The notes beneath the pieces were generated by a model that did not search any database, was not told where the DNA came from, and saw only the letters and a program-made list of their open reading frames with translations. DNA of 64,000 nucleotides from a bacterium (GTDB lineage: Bacteria; Patescibacteriota; Minisyncoccia; Phycocordibacterales; UBA5272): NCBI GenBank assembly GCA_043765155.1, contig JAYUJP010000001.1, positions 19,268 to 83,267 of the forward strand, written 5' to 3'. This document shows positions 16,204 to 25,864 of this stretch, in pieces. Numbering within the stretch: the stretch's first letter is position 1; every line of letters begins with the position of its first letter. The position numbers and the translations under genes were made by a program.

Positions 16204-19176
16204 CTACTGGCACCCATCACATGTAGACTCGGGAGCTACTGTTATGTTATAGGCTGTTTTTGTTGCCGGCGCTGCACCCATATTGTATACTGCGGGCTGC
16301 GCAGGGTTAACCGTACTTGAGTTATTACTTGAAGCGGCGCTACTCATGCTTATCGGCTCTGGAGCTGCAGATATATTCATGGCTGATATTGGTGACGCTA
16401 CTGGACCAGGTATTTTTGTATCATTCATAATACCTACTACTGGATTATCAAGAGGTGTTGTATTTTTACTATCTCTCTTGTGTGTAGCTCCAAATTCTGC
16501 GCTGCTAACTGTACTCTTCTCAACCTGACTTGCTCCTAGTGAGCGGAGATAATAGGTAGTCTTGAGTCCCATTTTCCATGCGTACTCGTATATACTAGCC
16601 AAATCTTTTCCACTTGTACCTGCATAATATATATTGAGTGACTGTGACTGATCTATCCACTTTGCCCTATAGGCCGCAGTTCTGATTAGCCATTTTGCGT
16701 CTATTTCAAATACCTCTTTGTATTTATCTTTTAAGTCCTGAGGTACTGTTGTTATATTTCTAACACTACCATCATTATACTTTAGCTGGCCCATCATTTC
16801 ATAATCCCAAAGATTTCTAGCCTTTAAATCTTTTACAAGATATGGATTTATAACTATAAAGTCACCGTTCATATTTGCCTTTACGTATATATTTTTATAT
16901 ATTGGCTCTATACATGGTATTGACCCGACGATATTTGATATAGTCGCTGTCGGAGCTACTGCCATACAGTTACTGTTACGCATACCATAATTTTTAACAT
17001 TTGCCCTAACCAGTGACCAGTCAAGCTTACCCTCTTTTGAGACGTCGATATGCTCACCGCGTGACTCCTCGAGTAGCCTTAGCGTATCTTGAGGCATCAT
17101 ACCCCTATCCCATTTACTACCCTTATAACTCTCATATGCTCCGCGTTCTTTTGCCAGCTCGCTACTTGCGAGTATTGCATTATAAGATATAATCTCCATA
17201 CTCTCGTCTGAGAATATTACCGCTTGCTCACTATCAAAATTAATATTTAACTTGTATAGTGCGTCATGGAAACCCATCACTCCAAGTCCGACCGGCCTAT
17301 GTCTAAAGTTAGAATTTTTAGCCTCAATGGTTGGGTAAAAATTAATATCTATCACGTTATCGAGCATACGCATCGCGGTCTTAATAGTACTAGCGACTAG
17401 GTCCTTGTCGAGAGCGCCGTTTATAATATGCGCTTCATAATTAAATGAACCCAAATTACATACTGCGGTCTCCTCTAGGTTATTATTAAGAGTAATCTCT
17501 GTACACAGATTAGAATTACGCACTATACCGGCATGATCCTGAGGTGATCTTACATTTGATGGGTCCTTAAAAGTAATCCAAGGATGCCCTGTCTCAAATA
17601 GCATTGTTATCTGCTTTTTCCAAAGATCGCGCGCCTTCATCTCTTTGAATAATTTTATCTCACCAGCTTTCGCCTTAGCTTCATAAGCTATATAATTATT
17701 TTCAAAGTCCTTACCATAACTCTCGGTTAATAGTGGCACCTCTTCTGGTGAAAATAGTGTCCAGGCTCCGTCCTCACGCACACGCTTCATAAATGTATCT
17801 GAGATCCATAATGCAGTATTCATGTCATGTGTCCTACGTCTCTCGTCTCCAGTATTTTTACGTAGCTCAAGGAACTCCTCCACATCTAGATGCCAATTCT
17901 CAAGATACACGCACGCCGCCCCTCTTCTTCTGCCTGATCTATTAATAGCAACTGTCGAGCTGTCAGCTATTTTTAGAAAAGGTATAATACCATTACTCTT
18001 GATACCTGACCCCTTAACTAGTGCTCCGCTCGCACGTACATTGGTCCAATTAGTTCCTATACCGCCGGCCCATTTAGAGAGCTGTGCATTGTCCCCATAT
18101 ACTTTGTATATACTCTCCAGATCATCTCCAACACTATTTAGATAGCAAGATGATAGCTGTGGGTGATGTGTACCTGCATGAAATAATGTAGGTGATGATG
18201 GTACAAACTTCATAGTGGACATAACATTATAGAACTCTACAGCTTTTTCATTTTTATTTTCCGCTTTTTCTGATATAGCTAGGCCCATAGCTGTTCTCAT
18301 CCAGAAACCCTGAAGATCCTCAAGTATACGCCTAGTATCATTTGTATCCCTGACAAAATATCTCTCGTACAGTGTCTGCGTACCCATATACATCATAAGG
18401 TCATCACGCTTATAGTCCATAGCGTCTACTATCTTTTCTAGGTCAAAGTCATTCATTCTTGGATCTATATAACCCTTCTCTATTCCAAATTTTAAATTCT
18501 TGTTAAAAGATTGACGTAGAGAGCTATGTAGCTTATTATGATCTTTTATTTTTTCACCAACATGCTCAGCATACACGTCACGCATAAGTAATCTTGATGC
18601 TACATAACTATAAGCCGGGTCCAACTCTATCATTGAGCGCACTATCATAACTACTAGCCTAGCTAATTCTTTTGTGGTTATACCATCATGAACCTCCAGC
18701 TTTATCTGTGATATTATCTTTTCTATGTCTATCTCTTTTTCAAATCCGCCCACCACATAACCTAGTGACTTTCTCATTTTCTTTTCTGAAAAGCCCTGCA
18801 TTCTGCCATCACGTTTTGTTACCTTAAGCGCGCTCTCTTCTAATTTTTCTAGGTCCTCTAGCTTTTTCTCATCACGTATTTTCTGATGCTCATATCTGTA
18901 TATAATGTATTCCTTAGCTACATCAAAAAATCCTGCACTCATTATGTGCTTCTCGACAAGGTCCTGCACATGCTCCACACTAGGAGTATATTCCTCACGT
19001 GTCATAGCCTCAAGCTCTAGCTCTTTTTGTACTAGCTCACTAATATGCTTAGATACTTGCGCGTGCTCATCACGAGTGATTTGTATAAAAGCTTTCTTAA
19101 CTACATTTTCTATTTTTGACATTTCAAATGGGACTACTTCATTATTTCTTTTTTTGATAAAAGTTAAAGGATTCAT
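16204..19176 (-). CDS. nrdA: Ribonucleotide reductase class Ia alpha subunit with two ATP cones
   Basis: IKKRNN and VTKRDG cones, SSCYL, NLCTEI, AVCNL, TTYYLR, terminal CDGCQ. Confidence 0.97.
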   Translation of the reverse strand: MNPLTFIKKRNNEVVPFEMSKIENVVKKAFIQITRDEHAQVSKHISELVQKELELEAMTREEYTPSVEHVQDLVEKHIMSAGFFDVAKEYIIYRYEHQKIRDEKKLEDLEKLEESALKVTKRDGRMQGFSEKKMRKSLGYVVGGFEKEIDIEKIISQIKLEVHDGITTKELARLVVMIVRSMIELDPAYSYVASRLLMRDVYAEHVGEKIKDHNKLHSSLRQSFNKNLKFGIEKGYIDPRMNDFDLEKIVDAMDYKRDDLMMYMGTQTLYERYFVRDTNDTRRILEDLQGFWMRTAMGLAISEKAENKNEKAVEFYNVMSTMKFVPSSPTLFHAGTHHPQLSSCYLNSVGDDLESIYKVYGDNAQLSKWAGGIGTNWTNVRASGALVKGSGIKSNGIIPFLKIADSSTVAINRSGRRRGAACVYLENWHLDVEEFLELRKNTGDERRRTHDMNTALWISDTFMKRVREDGAWTLFSPEEVPLLTESYGKDFENNYIAYEAKAKAGEIKLFKEMKARDLWKKQITMLFETGHPWITFKDPSNVRSPQDHAGIVRNSNLCTEITLNNNLEETAVCNLGSFNYEAHIINGALDKDLVASTIKTAMRMLDNVIDINFYPTIEAKNSNFRHRPVGLGVMGFHDALYKLNINFDSEQAVIFSDESMEIISYNAILASSELAKERGAYESYKGSKWDRGMMPQDTLRLLEESRGEHIDVSKEGKLDWSLVRANVKNYGMRNSNCMAVAPTATISNIVGSIPCIEPIYKNIYVKANMNGDFIVINPYLVKDLKARNLWDYEMMGQLKYNDGSVRNITTVPQDLKDKYKEVFEIDAKWLIRTAAYRAKWIDQSQSLNIYYAGTSGKDLASIYEYAWKMGLKTTYYLRSLGASQVEKSTVSSAEFGATHKRDSKNTTPLDNPVVGIMNDTKIPGPVASPISAMNISAAPEPISMSSAASSNNSSTVNPAQPAVYNMGAAPATKTAYNITVAPESTCDGCQ

Positions 19177-19550
19177 ATTTTTTTGTAAATTGTTTTTATA
19201 ATAATTTGACTATAAACTTGGCAGTTTCTAATATTAGTATATTACTACAAAAAATAGATAACTTTACAACACTTTTTGCGTATGTAAATAGTATTTTAAT
19301 CAAAACAAAAATAACTTTAACATGGGTACTAATAATGTCAAATAAAATACGCAAAATATTTTAAAATAAAGCTTAAAATAAACTTCTAAGCATAAATTAA
19401 ACTATTTTTTAGCAAAACATAATGTATATTTTGAAAAGTTATAGGATTATAAAAGTTATACACAGAGAAAATATTAAGTTGCTATTTTTATATATCTGTG
19501 TTATTATTTTATTGGATTTTGAATTTTTAAAATTTTAAAGGGAAAGTCAA

Positions 19551-20036
19551 ATGGGTAAAAAAGTATCAGCATACACCAAGCAAATGAAAATACTGTTAGG
19601 TGCTAACTCAGAACTAACAGCTAAAAATAAGCGCATGCAAAAAATAATTAATGATTTTCAAGAATCTGTCGCAAATCTTATGTCTAATCTGGACCATGAG
19701 ATATATCTTTTGAATGTTGAACCTGTAAGTAACGCACTTTTAAGCAGGCAGATAAAAGATTTGTTAACTTTAAATGTTGAACCTATAAGTAACGCACTTT
19801 TAAGCACGCAAATAAAAGATTTGGTAAATATAGAAGTTAGAACAAAAAACTGCCTGCGCGGCGATGGTATACATTTTGTGGGTCAATTAGTGCCCCTTAC
19901 GGAAAATAAACTTTTAAGAATACAACATTTTGGCCCTCAGTCTTTACATAGACTAAACAAAATTCTTGCTTTGCATAACCTAAGCCTAGGTATGAGTGTA
20001 GGCGACTGGGAACCACCACAAGAACAAAAAAATTAA
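19551..20036 (+). CDS. Stand-alone RNA polymerase alpha-CTD domain protein
   Basis: VRTKNCL..GIHFVGQLV..TE..LLRIQHFGPQSL...LSLGM matches RpoA CTD; no alpha-NTD. Confidence 0.8.
   Translation: MGKKVSAYTKQMKILLGANSELTAKNKRMQKIINDFQESVANLMSNLDHEIYLLNVEPVSNALLSRQIKDLLTLNVEPISNALLSTQIKDLVNIEVRTKNCLRGDGIHFVGQLVPLTENKLLRIQHFGPQSLHRLNKILALHNLSLGMSVGDWEPPQEQKN
19709..19827 (+). repeat. Two-copy in-frame 60-bp tandem duplication
   Basis: LNVEPVSNALLSRQIKDLL / LNVEPISNALLSTQIKDLV. Confidence 0.9.
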
Positions 20037-20123
20037 GCAAAATTTTCTGTGTTAGTCTCTGAAGATATAGAAAACACCTAGACCTGTAGCATTACTATGT
20101 TACGGGTTTTTATTTTATTATTT

Positions 20124-21422
20124 TTATTTTTTTATAAAATTATCAGCCCTCTTTTCTTTGTGATACTTGATCGCGAATCTATGAGCTTCAGAGTTAGCGA
20201 GTATTATGGACTTTTTGAGTCTCTCTATTTCTATTTTTGTCTTGGCTATATTTGTAGACTCTAGGCCGAGTACCTCACGCGCTTTGTGCTTGTCATCTTT
20301 TACAACGCTACAAGTAGCTACTAATATATTCATACTCGCGAGCACCTTTTCGCCAATATTTTTCTGACCCTCTCCGCCGTCAAATACAACCAAGTCAGGC
20401 GTAGGCCACTCAGTATGTTTGAATCTCCTTTTCATCAGCTCGACTATACCAGCATAATCATCATTAACATTTTCAACCAGCTTAAACTTTCTATACTCAG
20501 CTATATCTTTTTTACCCCCGGTTACAACGGTCATAACCCCAACACGCGCAGTGCCTGACATATGAGCTACGTCATAGGCCTCAATACGAAAATCTTTACC
20601 CTTAAAGTCCACTATCTCCTCATCCTTGATCAGCGACACGTCACGTATATGATCTAGAGCCCATAATGTGTTTCTCATTTTAGCCGCCATTTCAAAGTTC
20701 TCCTTTTTAGCATAATCCTCCATATCACTTTTTACATCTCTTTTAATTTTGGACATATTGCCCTCAAAAAGATCCTTGATATGCTTGATATTTTTTTTAT
20801 AATCTTCTTTTTTAATTAGTCCTACGCAGCATCCAGGACATAATCTTATCTGCGCGTTAAAACAAGGCTTGCTCATACCTATCTCACATCTATCACGAAA
20901 AGGGAATATCTTCCTTATTATTTTTATCGCGTCTTTTATTTGCATTCCATTTGTAAATGGACCATAAACTTTATCGACTTTTTCTATATTACCACTTGTG
21001 GCCTTTTTGCTAGCTACAAATCTCTTTTCATAATCACGTACGCGCATAGTCAGCACACGTGGATAATCCTCCTTGGTTATAACTACGCAGGTGTATGTCT
21101 TATTATCTTTTTCTTTGGTGTTAAATACTGGCTGATTTTTTTTGATCAGCTGATTCTCGAGCAGTAACGCCTCTAGCACGCTACTAGTAACCTGATAAGT
21201 CACATGTTCAGCAGCTAGCACCATGTTAACTATTTTTAATCCTCTGGTTTCTGAGATATCTTTTGCAAAGTAACTTTTTGTCCTGTCACGCAGATTAGTC
21301 GCCTTACCAATATACAAGATATTACCCAGATTATTATTAGCTTCATTTTTGTCCCCATCTCTAAAAAAGTACACTCCTGGTAGCTCGGGTAAATCTAATT
21401 TTTCTAGGTCTATCTTTTTCAT
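20124..21422 (-). CDS. uvrC: UvrC-family excinuclease (GIY-YIG, UVR, RNase H-like; no C-terminal HhH)
   Basis: PGVYFF, YIGKA.NLR.R, ALLLE..LIK, FEMAAKMR, IEAYDVAH, PDLVVFDGG, EAHRFAI. Confidence 0.88.
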   Translation of the reverse strand: MKKIDLEKLDLPELPGVYFFRDGDKNEANNNLGNILYIGKATNLRDRTKSYFAKDISETRGLKIVNMVLAAEHVTYQVTSSVLEALLLENQLIKKNQPVFNTKEKDNKTYTCVVITKEDYPRVLTMRVRDYEKRFVASKKATSGNIEKVDKVYGPFTNGMQIKDAIKIIRKIFPFRDRCEIGMSKPCFNAQIRLCPGCCVGLIKKEDYKKNIKHIKDLFEGNMSKIKRDVKSDMEDYAKKENFEMAAKMRNTLWALDHIRDVSLIKDEEIVDFKGKDFRIEAYDVAHMSGTARVGVMTVVTGGKKDIAEYRKFKLVENVNDDYAGIVELMKRRFKHTEWPTPDLVVFDGGEGQKNIGEKVLASMNILVATCSVVKDDKHKAREVLGLESTNIAKTKIEIERLKKSIILANSEAHRFAIKYHKEKRADNFIKK

Positions 21423-21596
21423 TTTTTTGGTTATCTTAAAATTAAAACTTGTGTATAATCTTAATCTATGTTACTTGTTATTATATAACATTTGTGTTAT
21501 AATAACAACTTCTCTAAGCAAATTGTAAATCTGAGGCATACTGTCAAAAGATACAATTATAAGACTTTTTGAAAAACAAAAAAGAGGAAGTAAATT

Positions 21597-21755
21597 ATGA
21601 GTTCTTTAGGTTTTAACTTTGCAGTGACTGGGTACTTTTGTGCACAGCTAATAACTGCGTTATTCAGGAGTGAAGTTGCCAAAAACAAAATAGAAAGAGA
21701 AAGAAAAATTGACGCTAGGGTTTTAAAATCCTGGCCTGGGCAATTATCTAACTAA
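21597..21755 (+). CDS. Small hypothetical protein, 52 aa (not in the ORF track)
   Basis: MSSLGFNFAVTGYFCAQ...PGQLSN; GAGGAAG RBS; TTTGTGTTATAAT promoter near 21491. Confidence 0.5.
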   Translation: MSSLGFNFAVTGYFCAQLITALFRSEVAKNKIERERKIDARVLKSWPGQLSN

Positions 21756-21770
21756 AAACGGAGACAAGAA

Positions 21771-21965
21771 ATGAGTGTTGAACAAAAACAACCCGAGAAT
21801 CTTCATAGTCAACAAGAAGAAGCAAGAACTAATCCTTGGAATCAAGGAAATGTGCGGCTTCATCAGCCCGGTGTGAATTGGATGAGAAAAGAGCCTCCCG
21901 GCATTCCACATTATCCGCCAATAGGCCTCAGCAGACATGCTATGGGGGATAATTACCACCGCTGA
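21771..21965 (+). CDS. Small hypothetical protein, 64 aa
   Basis: GGAGA RBS; followed by a terminator. Confidence 0.5.
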   Translation: MSVEQKQPENLHSQQEEARTNPWNQGNVRLHQPGVNWMRKEPPGIPHYPPIGLSRHAMGDNYHR

Positions 21966-22003
21966 ACTCAATTTTGTAACTTTTAGTTACAAACCCAAAC
22001 AAC

Positions 22004-22044
22004 AACCGCCCGCAATGACAAAAGTCATAGCGAGCGGTTTTTTT
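22004..22044 (+). terminator. Intrinsic terminator
   Basis: AACCGCCCGCAATGAC-AAAA-GTCATAGCGAGCGGTT followed by a T-tract. Confidence 0.7.
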
Positions 22045-22211
22045 ATTGCTAATTTTTATCACCTAAAAGCACATATTAAAACTTCTTAAAAGTTCTAATA
22101 TGTGCTATAATTTTATCTTGTTAATCCACACCGAAAAGTAAAAGATTGGCAAAAGGCGTTACAAGCTAAATGCTTGTAATTCGTTCAACAAAAAAGGAAA
22201 TAATTTAATTA

Positions 22212-22529
22212 ATGGCAATCGAAACTAAAAAAGTCGCTCTTTCAAAAAAGCTTTCAGAGGTGTACAAAGATTTTGCTAAATATGTAACGGAAATGATAAC
22301 CGGCTTACAGGAAAAAGGCAGATTGCAAAGATCTCTGGCTCGCGGGGAAAGAGTAAAGATATTGGCTAATATGACAAAAATGCATGACAAACTCTGCAAA
22401 GCTTTTAAGGAAAAGTATCCTGAGGGGTTAATGCCTTTGACAAATGTTCAAAGGTTCTATCAGGAAGTTATTTTCCCCAAAGTCTTTATTGTTGTTGGCG
22501 CATCACCAAGAATAAGCGCAAGGTATTAA
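22212..22529 (+). CDS. Hypothetical basic helical protein
   Basis: AAGGA RBS; TGCTATAAT promoter near 22103; hairpin near 22562-22593. Confidence 0.6.
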   Translation: MAIETKKVALSKKLSEVYKDFAKYVTEMITGLQEKGRLQRSLARGERVKILANMTKMHDKLCKAFKEKYPEGLMPLTNVQRFYQEVIFPKVFIVVGASPRISARY

Positions 22530-22634
22530 ACTGTAAAAATTTATCTAAAATCAAAATTAAAACGCGGCACATGCAAATGTGACCGCGTCTTTTATTTATA
22601 ATATTACTATATAATTAATTTTAAAATATATTAA

Positions 22635-22955
22635 TTATATGGACAGGGTTTCAGCTATTTCTCTTGCTAACTTTTGGTTATTTTCTTTATTTACTGATCT
22701 TAGTAAATCCTTAACTAGCTCAATAACTTTCTCTTTACTTTTATTATCGTATACGTCTATTAAATTATACAATCTTAGAAATTCTCCCTTAGAGTAATCA
22801 AAAGGTAAGCCGGACTTGTTAAAAGCCTGATCTAATAAATTGCTTTTTTCTGGATCAAGTGTATCTAAGCATAATTCTAATCCCTGTTCCGGGCTTTTAG
22901 CTTCTTCAGGTTTTTCATCTGGGACTGAGTTTGAGTTTATATTTTCTTGATTCAT
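22635..22955 (-). CDS. Hypothetical protein (likely start MNQEN at 22955)
   Basis: ORF track; the longer start would overlap ahpC. Confidence 0.55.
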   Translation of the reverse strand: MNQENINSNSVPDEKPEEAKSPEQGLELCLDTLDPEKSNLLDQAFNKSGLPFDYSKGEFLRLYNLIDVYDNKSKEKVIELVKDLLRSVNKENNQKLAREIAETLSI

Positions 22956-23013
22956 ATGTTTATTACTTTTAAAATTATCTCTACTGTATAATTCTAAAAA
23001 TTTAATTATAATT

Positions 23014-23775
23014 TTAGATCTTACCAACAAGGTCCACCCCTGGAGTTAGTACGTCGTCACCTGGTTCCCATTTTGCAGGACATACATTAGCACCGTTTTC
23101 ACGGACAAATTTGGCCGCTTGTAACTTTCTATATAACTCCTTTGCATTACGCCCTATGCCATTGTCATTGATCTCTATAATACGTAATACTCCGTCTGGA
23201 TCTATTACAAATGTACCGCGCATGGCCATGCCTTCGTCCTTTACTAGCACATTATAATATCTTGCTAGCTCATGAGTAGTATCAGCAAGCATAGGGAAAT
23301 TAATTTTCTTTATAGTATCACTAGCGTCATGCCATGCCTTATGCGCGTACACGCTATCAGTCGATATAGCTAACACCTCAGCACCGAGGGCCTTGAACTT
23401 TTCATAATACTCAGACATATCCTCAAGCTCAGTAGGACATACAAAAGTAAAGTCAGCTGGATAAAAAAACAATACCACCCACTTATCAGCATAATCTGAG
23501 AGCATTACGTCTTTTATTTTACCTTCATGAAAAGCTTGTAAGCTAAAATCATCTACATTTTTACCTATAGTAACTGTCTCACTGGCCATGTCACTGTAAA
23601 AAGAATTCTGATTAAGACTTTTCATACAAGCTCCCCCATTTTGACATGGACAATCTTCACATCCCTGGCCGCAGCAGCCTCCATTTGCTCCGCATGTATT
23701 ATTTCCACACATATTCATATTATCATCTTCTCCACTTGTGTTATTCATGTTATCATTTTTTTTAAAGCCGAACAT
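23014..23775 (-). CDS. ahpC: 2-Cys peroxiredoxin AhpC with Cys-rich N-terminal extension
   Basis: FFYPADFTFVCPTE, GRN, VCPAKW. Confidence 0.93.
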   Translation of the reverse strand: MFGFKKNDNMNNTSGEDDNMNMCGNNTCGANGGCCGQGCEDCPCQNGGACMKSLNQNSFYSDMASETVTIGKNVDDFSLQAFHEGKIKDVMLSDYADKWVVLFFYPADFTFVCPTELEDMSEYYEKFKALGAEVLAISTDSVYAHKAWHDASDTIKKINFPMLADTTHELARYYNVLVKDEGMAMRGTFVIDPDGVLRIIEINDNGIGRNAKELYRKLQAAKFVRENGANVCPAKWEPGDDVLTPGVDLVGKI

Positions 23776-23831
23776 ATTTTTAGTTTTAGATATTATCTGT
23801 TAATATATATATTATAACACATAATACTATT

Positions 23832-25013
23832 ATGCAAAACGTAAATAAAAATGACAACGAAAAAGACTTGGCAAAAATAATAATAGTAATTGGCCCAACG
23901 GCAAGTGGTAAGTCAGACTTAGCTGTTAGCATTGCAAAAGAGATACAAGAAACTGGATACGCAACTATTGAGAAACTAGATTCTAGAAATAAAATATATA
24001 AAAAAGTATTTTTTGATAAAAAAGAATGCGTAATAATCTCAGCTGATAGCAGGCAGATATATAAACACTTAGATATTGGATCTGGTAAGATCACAAAAGA
24101 AGAAATGCAAAATATTCAACATTTTGGACTTGATATAGTTGAACCTAAGTATAACCTAATAGAAAATATAGCTAATAAAAGTACTTTAGAAATGAGAAAT
24201 GAAAATGAATTAAATGCAGAAAAAAAAGACGAAGAAAAAAATAAAATAGAAATATATAAAAACTTCACAGCTGCAGATTGGCTTAGATACGCTACAGATA
24301 AAATAGACAATATAATAAATGAAAACAAGATACCTATAATATGCGGTGGCACTGGGTTATATGTAGACGCCCTACTGTATGGACTAGATGATAATCCAGA
24401 GCCGGATTATATTTTTAGGAAAACTCTCGAAAACAAAACTACAGAAGATATAAAAGATATGATAAAAGAAAAGCTAGCTGAGCAAGATGACTTAGATTAT
24501 TTTTATAATCTTAATAATAGCGAGCAAAATAATAGAAATAGACTTATAAGAAAATTAGAGCTGCTTAACTCAGGGCATAAAATAAAAAATACAGATCTAG
24601 ATAACTCAAAACGAACCCTAAGATATAATGCAGAATTTATTATATTAGAACCAGAATTAGATACTTTACAAGAAAAGATAAAGTTAAGATTAGAAAAGAG
24701 ACTAGGTTTAAATGAAAAAGAAAATAATATAAATAATAGCGCCGCAAGCGTAGCTTGCGGCAGAGAAAGTGAAAAGAATTTAATAGAAAACATAAACTCT
24801 AGCCCATTAATATCAGAAATCAAAGGCCTAATAGAAAATAAAAAAGCAGATCCAAAGTGGTTAATGTCGCTAGGATTAGAATATAAATATGTCACTGAGT
24901 ACGTACTGGGGCAAATAAGTTTTGAGGAGATGGTTGATATCTTAAATATAAAAATATTTCAATATGCCAAAAGGCAAATCAAGTGGAATAGGAGATATGA
25001 GGGACTAAAGTAA
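23832..25013 (+). CDS. miaA: tRNA dimethylallyltransferase with several insertions
   Basis: GPTASGKS, ISADSRQIY, IICGGTGLY, QYAKRQ. Confidence 0.93.
   Translation: MQNVNKNDNEKDLAKIIIVIGPTASGKSDLAVSIAKEIQETGYATIEKLDSRNKIYKKVFFDKKECVIISADSRQIYKHLDIGSGKITKEEMQNIQHFGLDIVEPKYNLIENIANKSTLEMRNENELNAEKKDEEKNKIEIYKNFTAADWLRYATDKIDNIINENKIPIICGGTGLYVDALLYGLDDNPEPDYIFRKTLENKTTEDIKDMIKEKLAEQDDLDYFYNLNNSEQNNRNRLIRKLELLNSGHKIKNTDLDNSKRTLRYNAEFIILEPELDTLQEKIKLRLEKRLGLNEKENNINNSAASVACGRESEKNLIENINSSPLISEIKGLIENKKADPKWLMSLGLEYKYVTEYVLGQISFEEMVDILNIKIFQYAKRQIKWNRRYEGLK
24741..24761. repeat. Triloop palindrome inside a miaA coding insertion
   Basis: GCCGCAAGC-GTA-GCTTGCGGC; same 9-bp stem as the intergenic copy at 57485-57505. 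Confidence 0.8.
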
Positions 25014-25406
25014 GATCTCAATAAGAGGTCTAGTTACAAATTCTCTCTCATATATTTTTGGATGTGGTATTTCTAACTTTTCAGTTTTAATTTTTAGATT
25101 ATTAAAAAATAAAATATCTATGTCTATTATCCTTGGACCGTTACTCTCTTCCCTTACTCTACCCATCTCACTCATTATGAGTTCTATTCTGTCTAAAAGT
25201 TCAAAGTGATCTAAACTAGTATAGGCTATACACACAGCATTACAAAAGTCAGCCTGGTCTAGCTTATACATTGGCTTTGTAATATAAAAACTAGAAACTT
25301 TTTCTACTTCTCCAATCTTCTCACTTATCAGCTCTACAGCTTTATTTAAATTTAAATTAATATCTCCCGTATTACTACCCAGTGCCAAGTATACTTTATT
25401 TTGCAT
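25005..25406 (-). CDS. folK: 6-hydroxymethyl-7,8-dihydropterin pyrophosphokinase
   Basis: YLALGSN, GPRIIDIDIL, IPHP...REFV. Confidence 0.93.
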   Translation of the reverse strand: MQNKVYLALGSNTGDINLNLNKAVELISEKIGEVEKVSSFYITKPMYKLDQADFCNAVCIAYTSLDHFELLDRIELIMSEMGRVREESNGPRIIDIDILFFNNLKIKTEKLEIPHPKIYEREFVTRPLIEILL

Positions 25407-25410
25407 ATTT

Positions 25411-25770
25411 TTAATCTCTTGTTAATTTTAAATTAATACCAACTTCGCAGTCTTTTAATAATTTACTTTTCATGATTGACAGCTCTACACTTTCTCTATT
25501 TTCACAATCTGATAATATTTTTTGACAGATTTTATAAGCTAAGTGCTCTATGGTATTTTTCGTCTCTGCGTGAAATATTTTTATTATCTCCTCTCTTATC
25601 TCGGCGTAGCATTTGTTGGCTGGTAGCTTATCAATATCCGCATAATCACTTTCAAATTTTGTCTCGACTATAACATTAACTACAAATTCTTGAGCTTCTA
25701 TTTTCTCTATCGGCAAAAGCCCGTGCTTGGCTATTATTTTAAAATCTTTTATTATTAGTTTATATATCAT
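25411..25770 (-). CDS. folB: Dihydroneopterin aldolase (ATG 25770; TTG 25788 possible)
   Basis: HGLLPIEK...Q.FVVNV, Y, TIEHLA; lies between folP and folK. Confidence 0.8.
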   Translation of the reverse strand: MIYKLIIKDFKIIAKHGLLPIEKIEAQEFVVNVIVETKFESDYADIDKLPANKCYAEIREEIIKIFHAETKNTIEHLAYKICQKILSDCENRESVELSIMKSKLLKDCEVGINLKLTRD

Positions 25771-25864
25771 ATTCTTTTTTTGTTTCAATTTTATTTTTTC
25801 TTATTTTCTACTCCTATTACATTTTTACCCCTTTTATCTTTTACATTATTTAAATCTTTATTTT

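Noticed and set aside
16204-16480. Intein or insertion element in the NrdA C-terminus
   Set aside because: Low-complexity Ala/Ser/Pro linker before CxxC; no intein terminal motifs
19235-19285. NrdR boxes upstream of nrdA
   Set aside because: Only a weak single match in AT-rich DNA; no properly spaced pair
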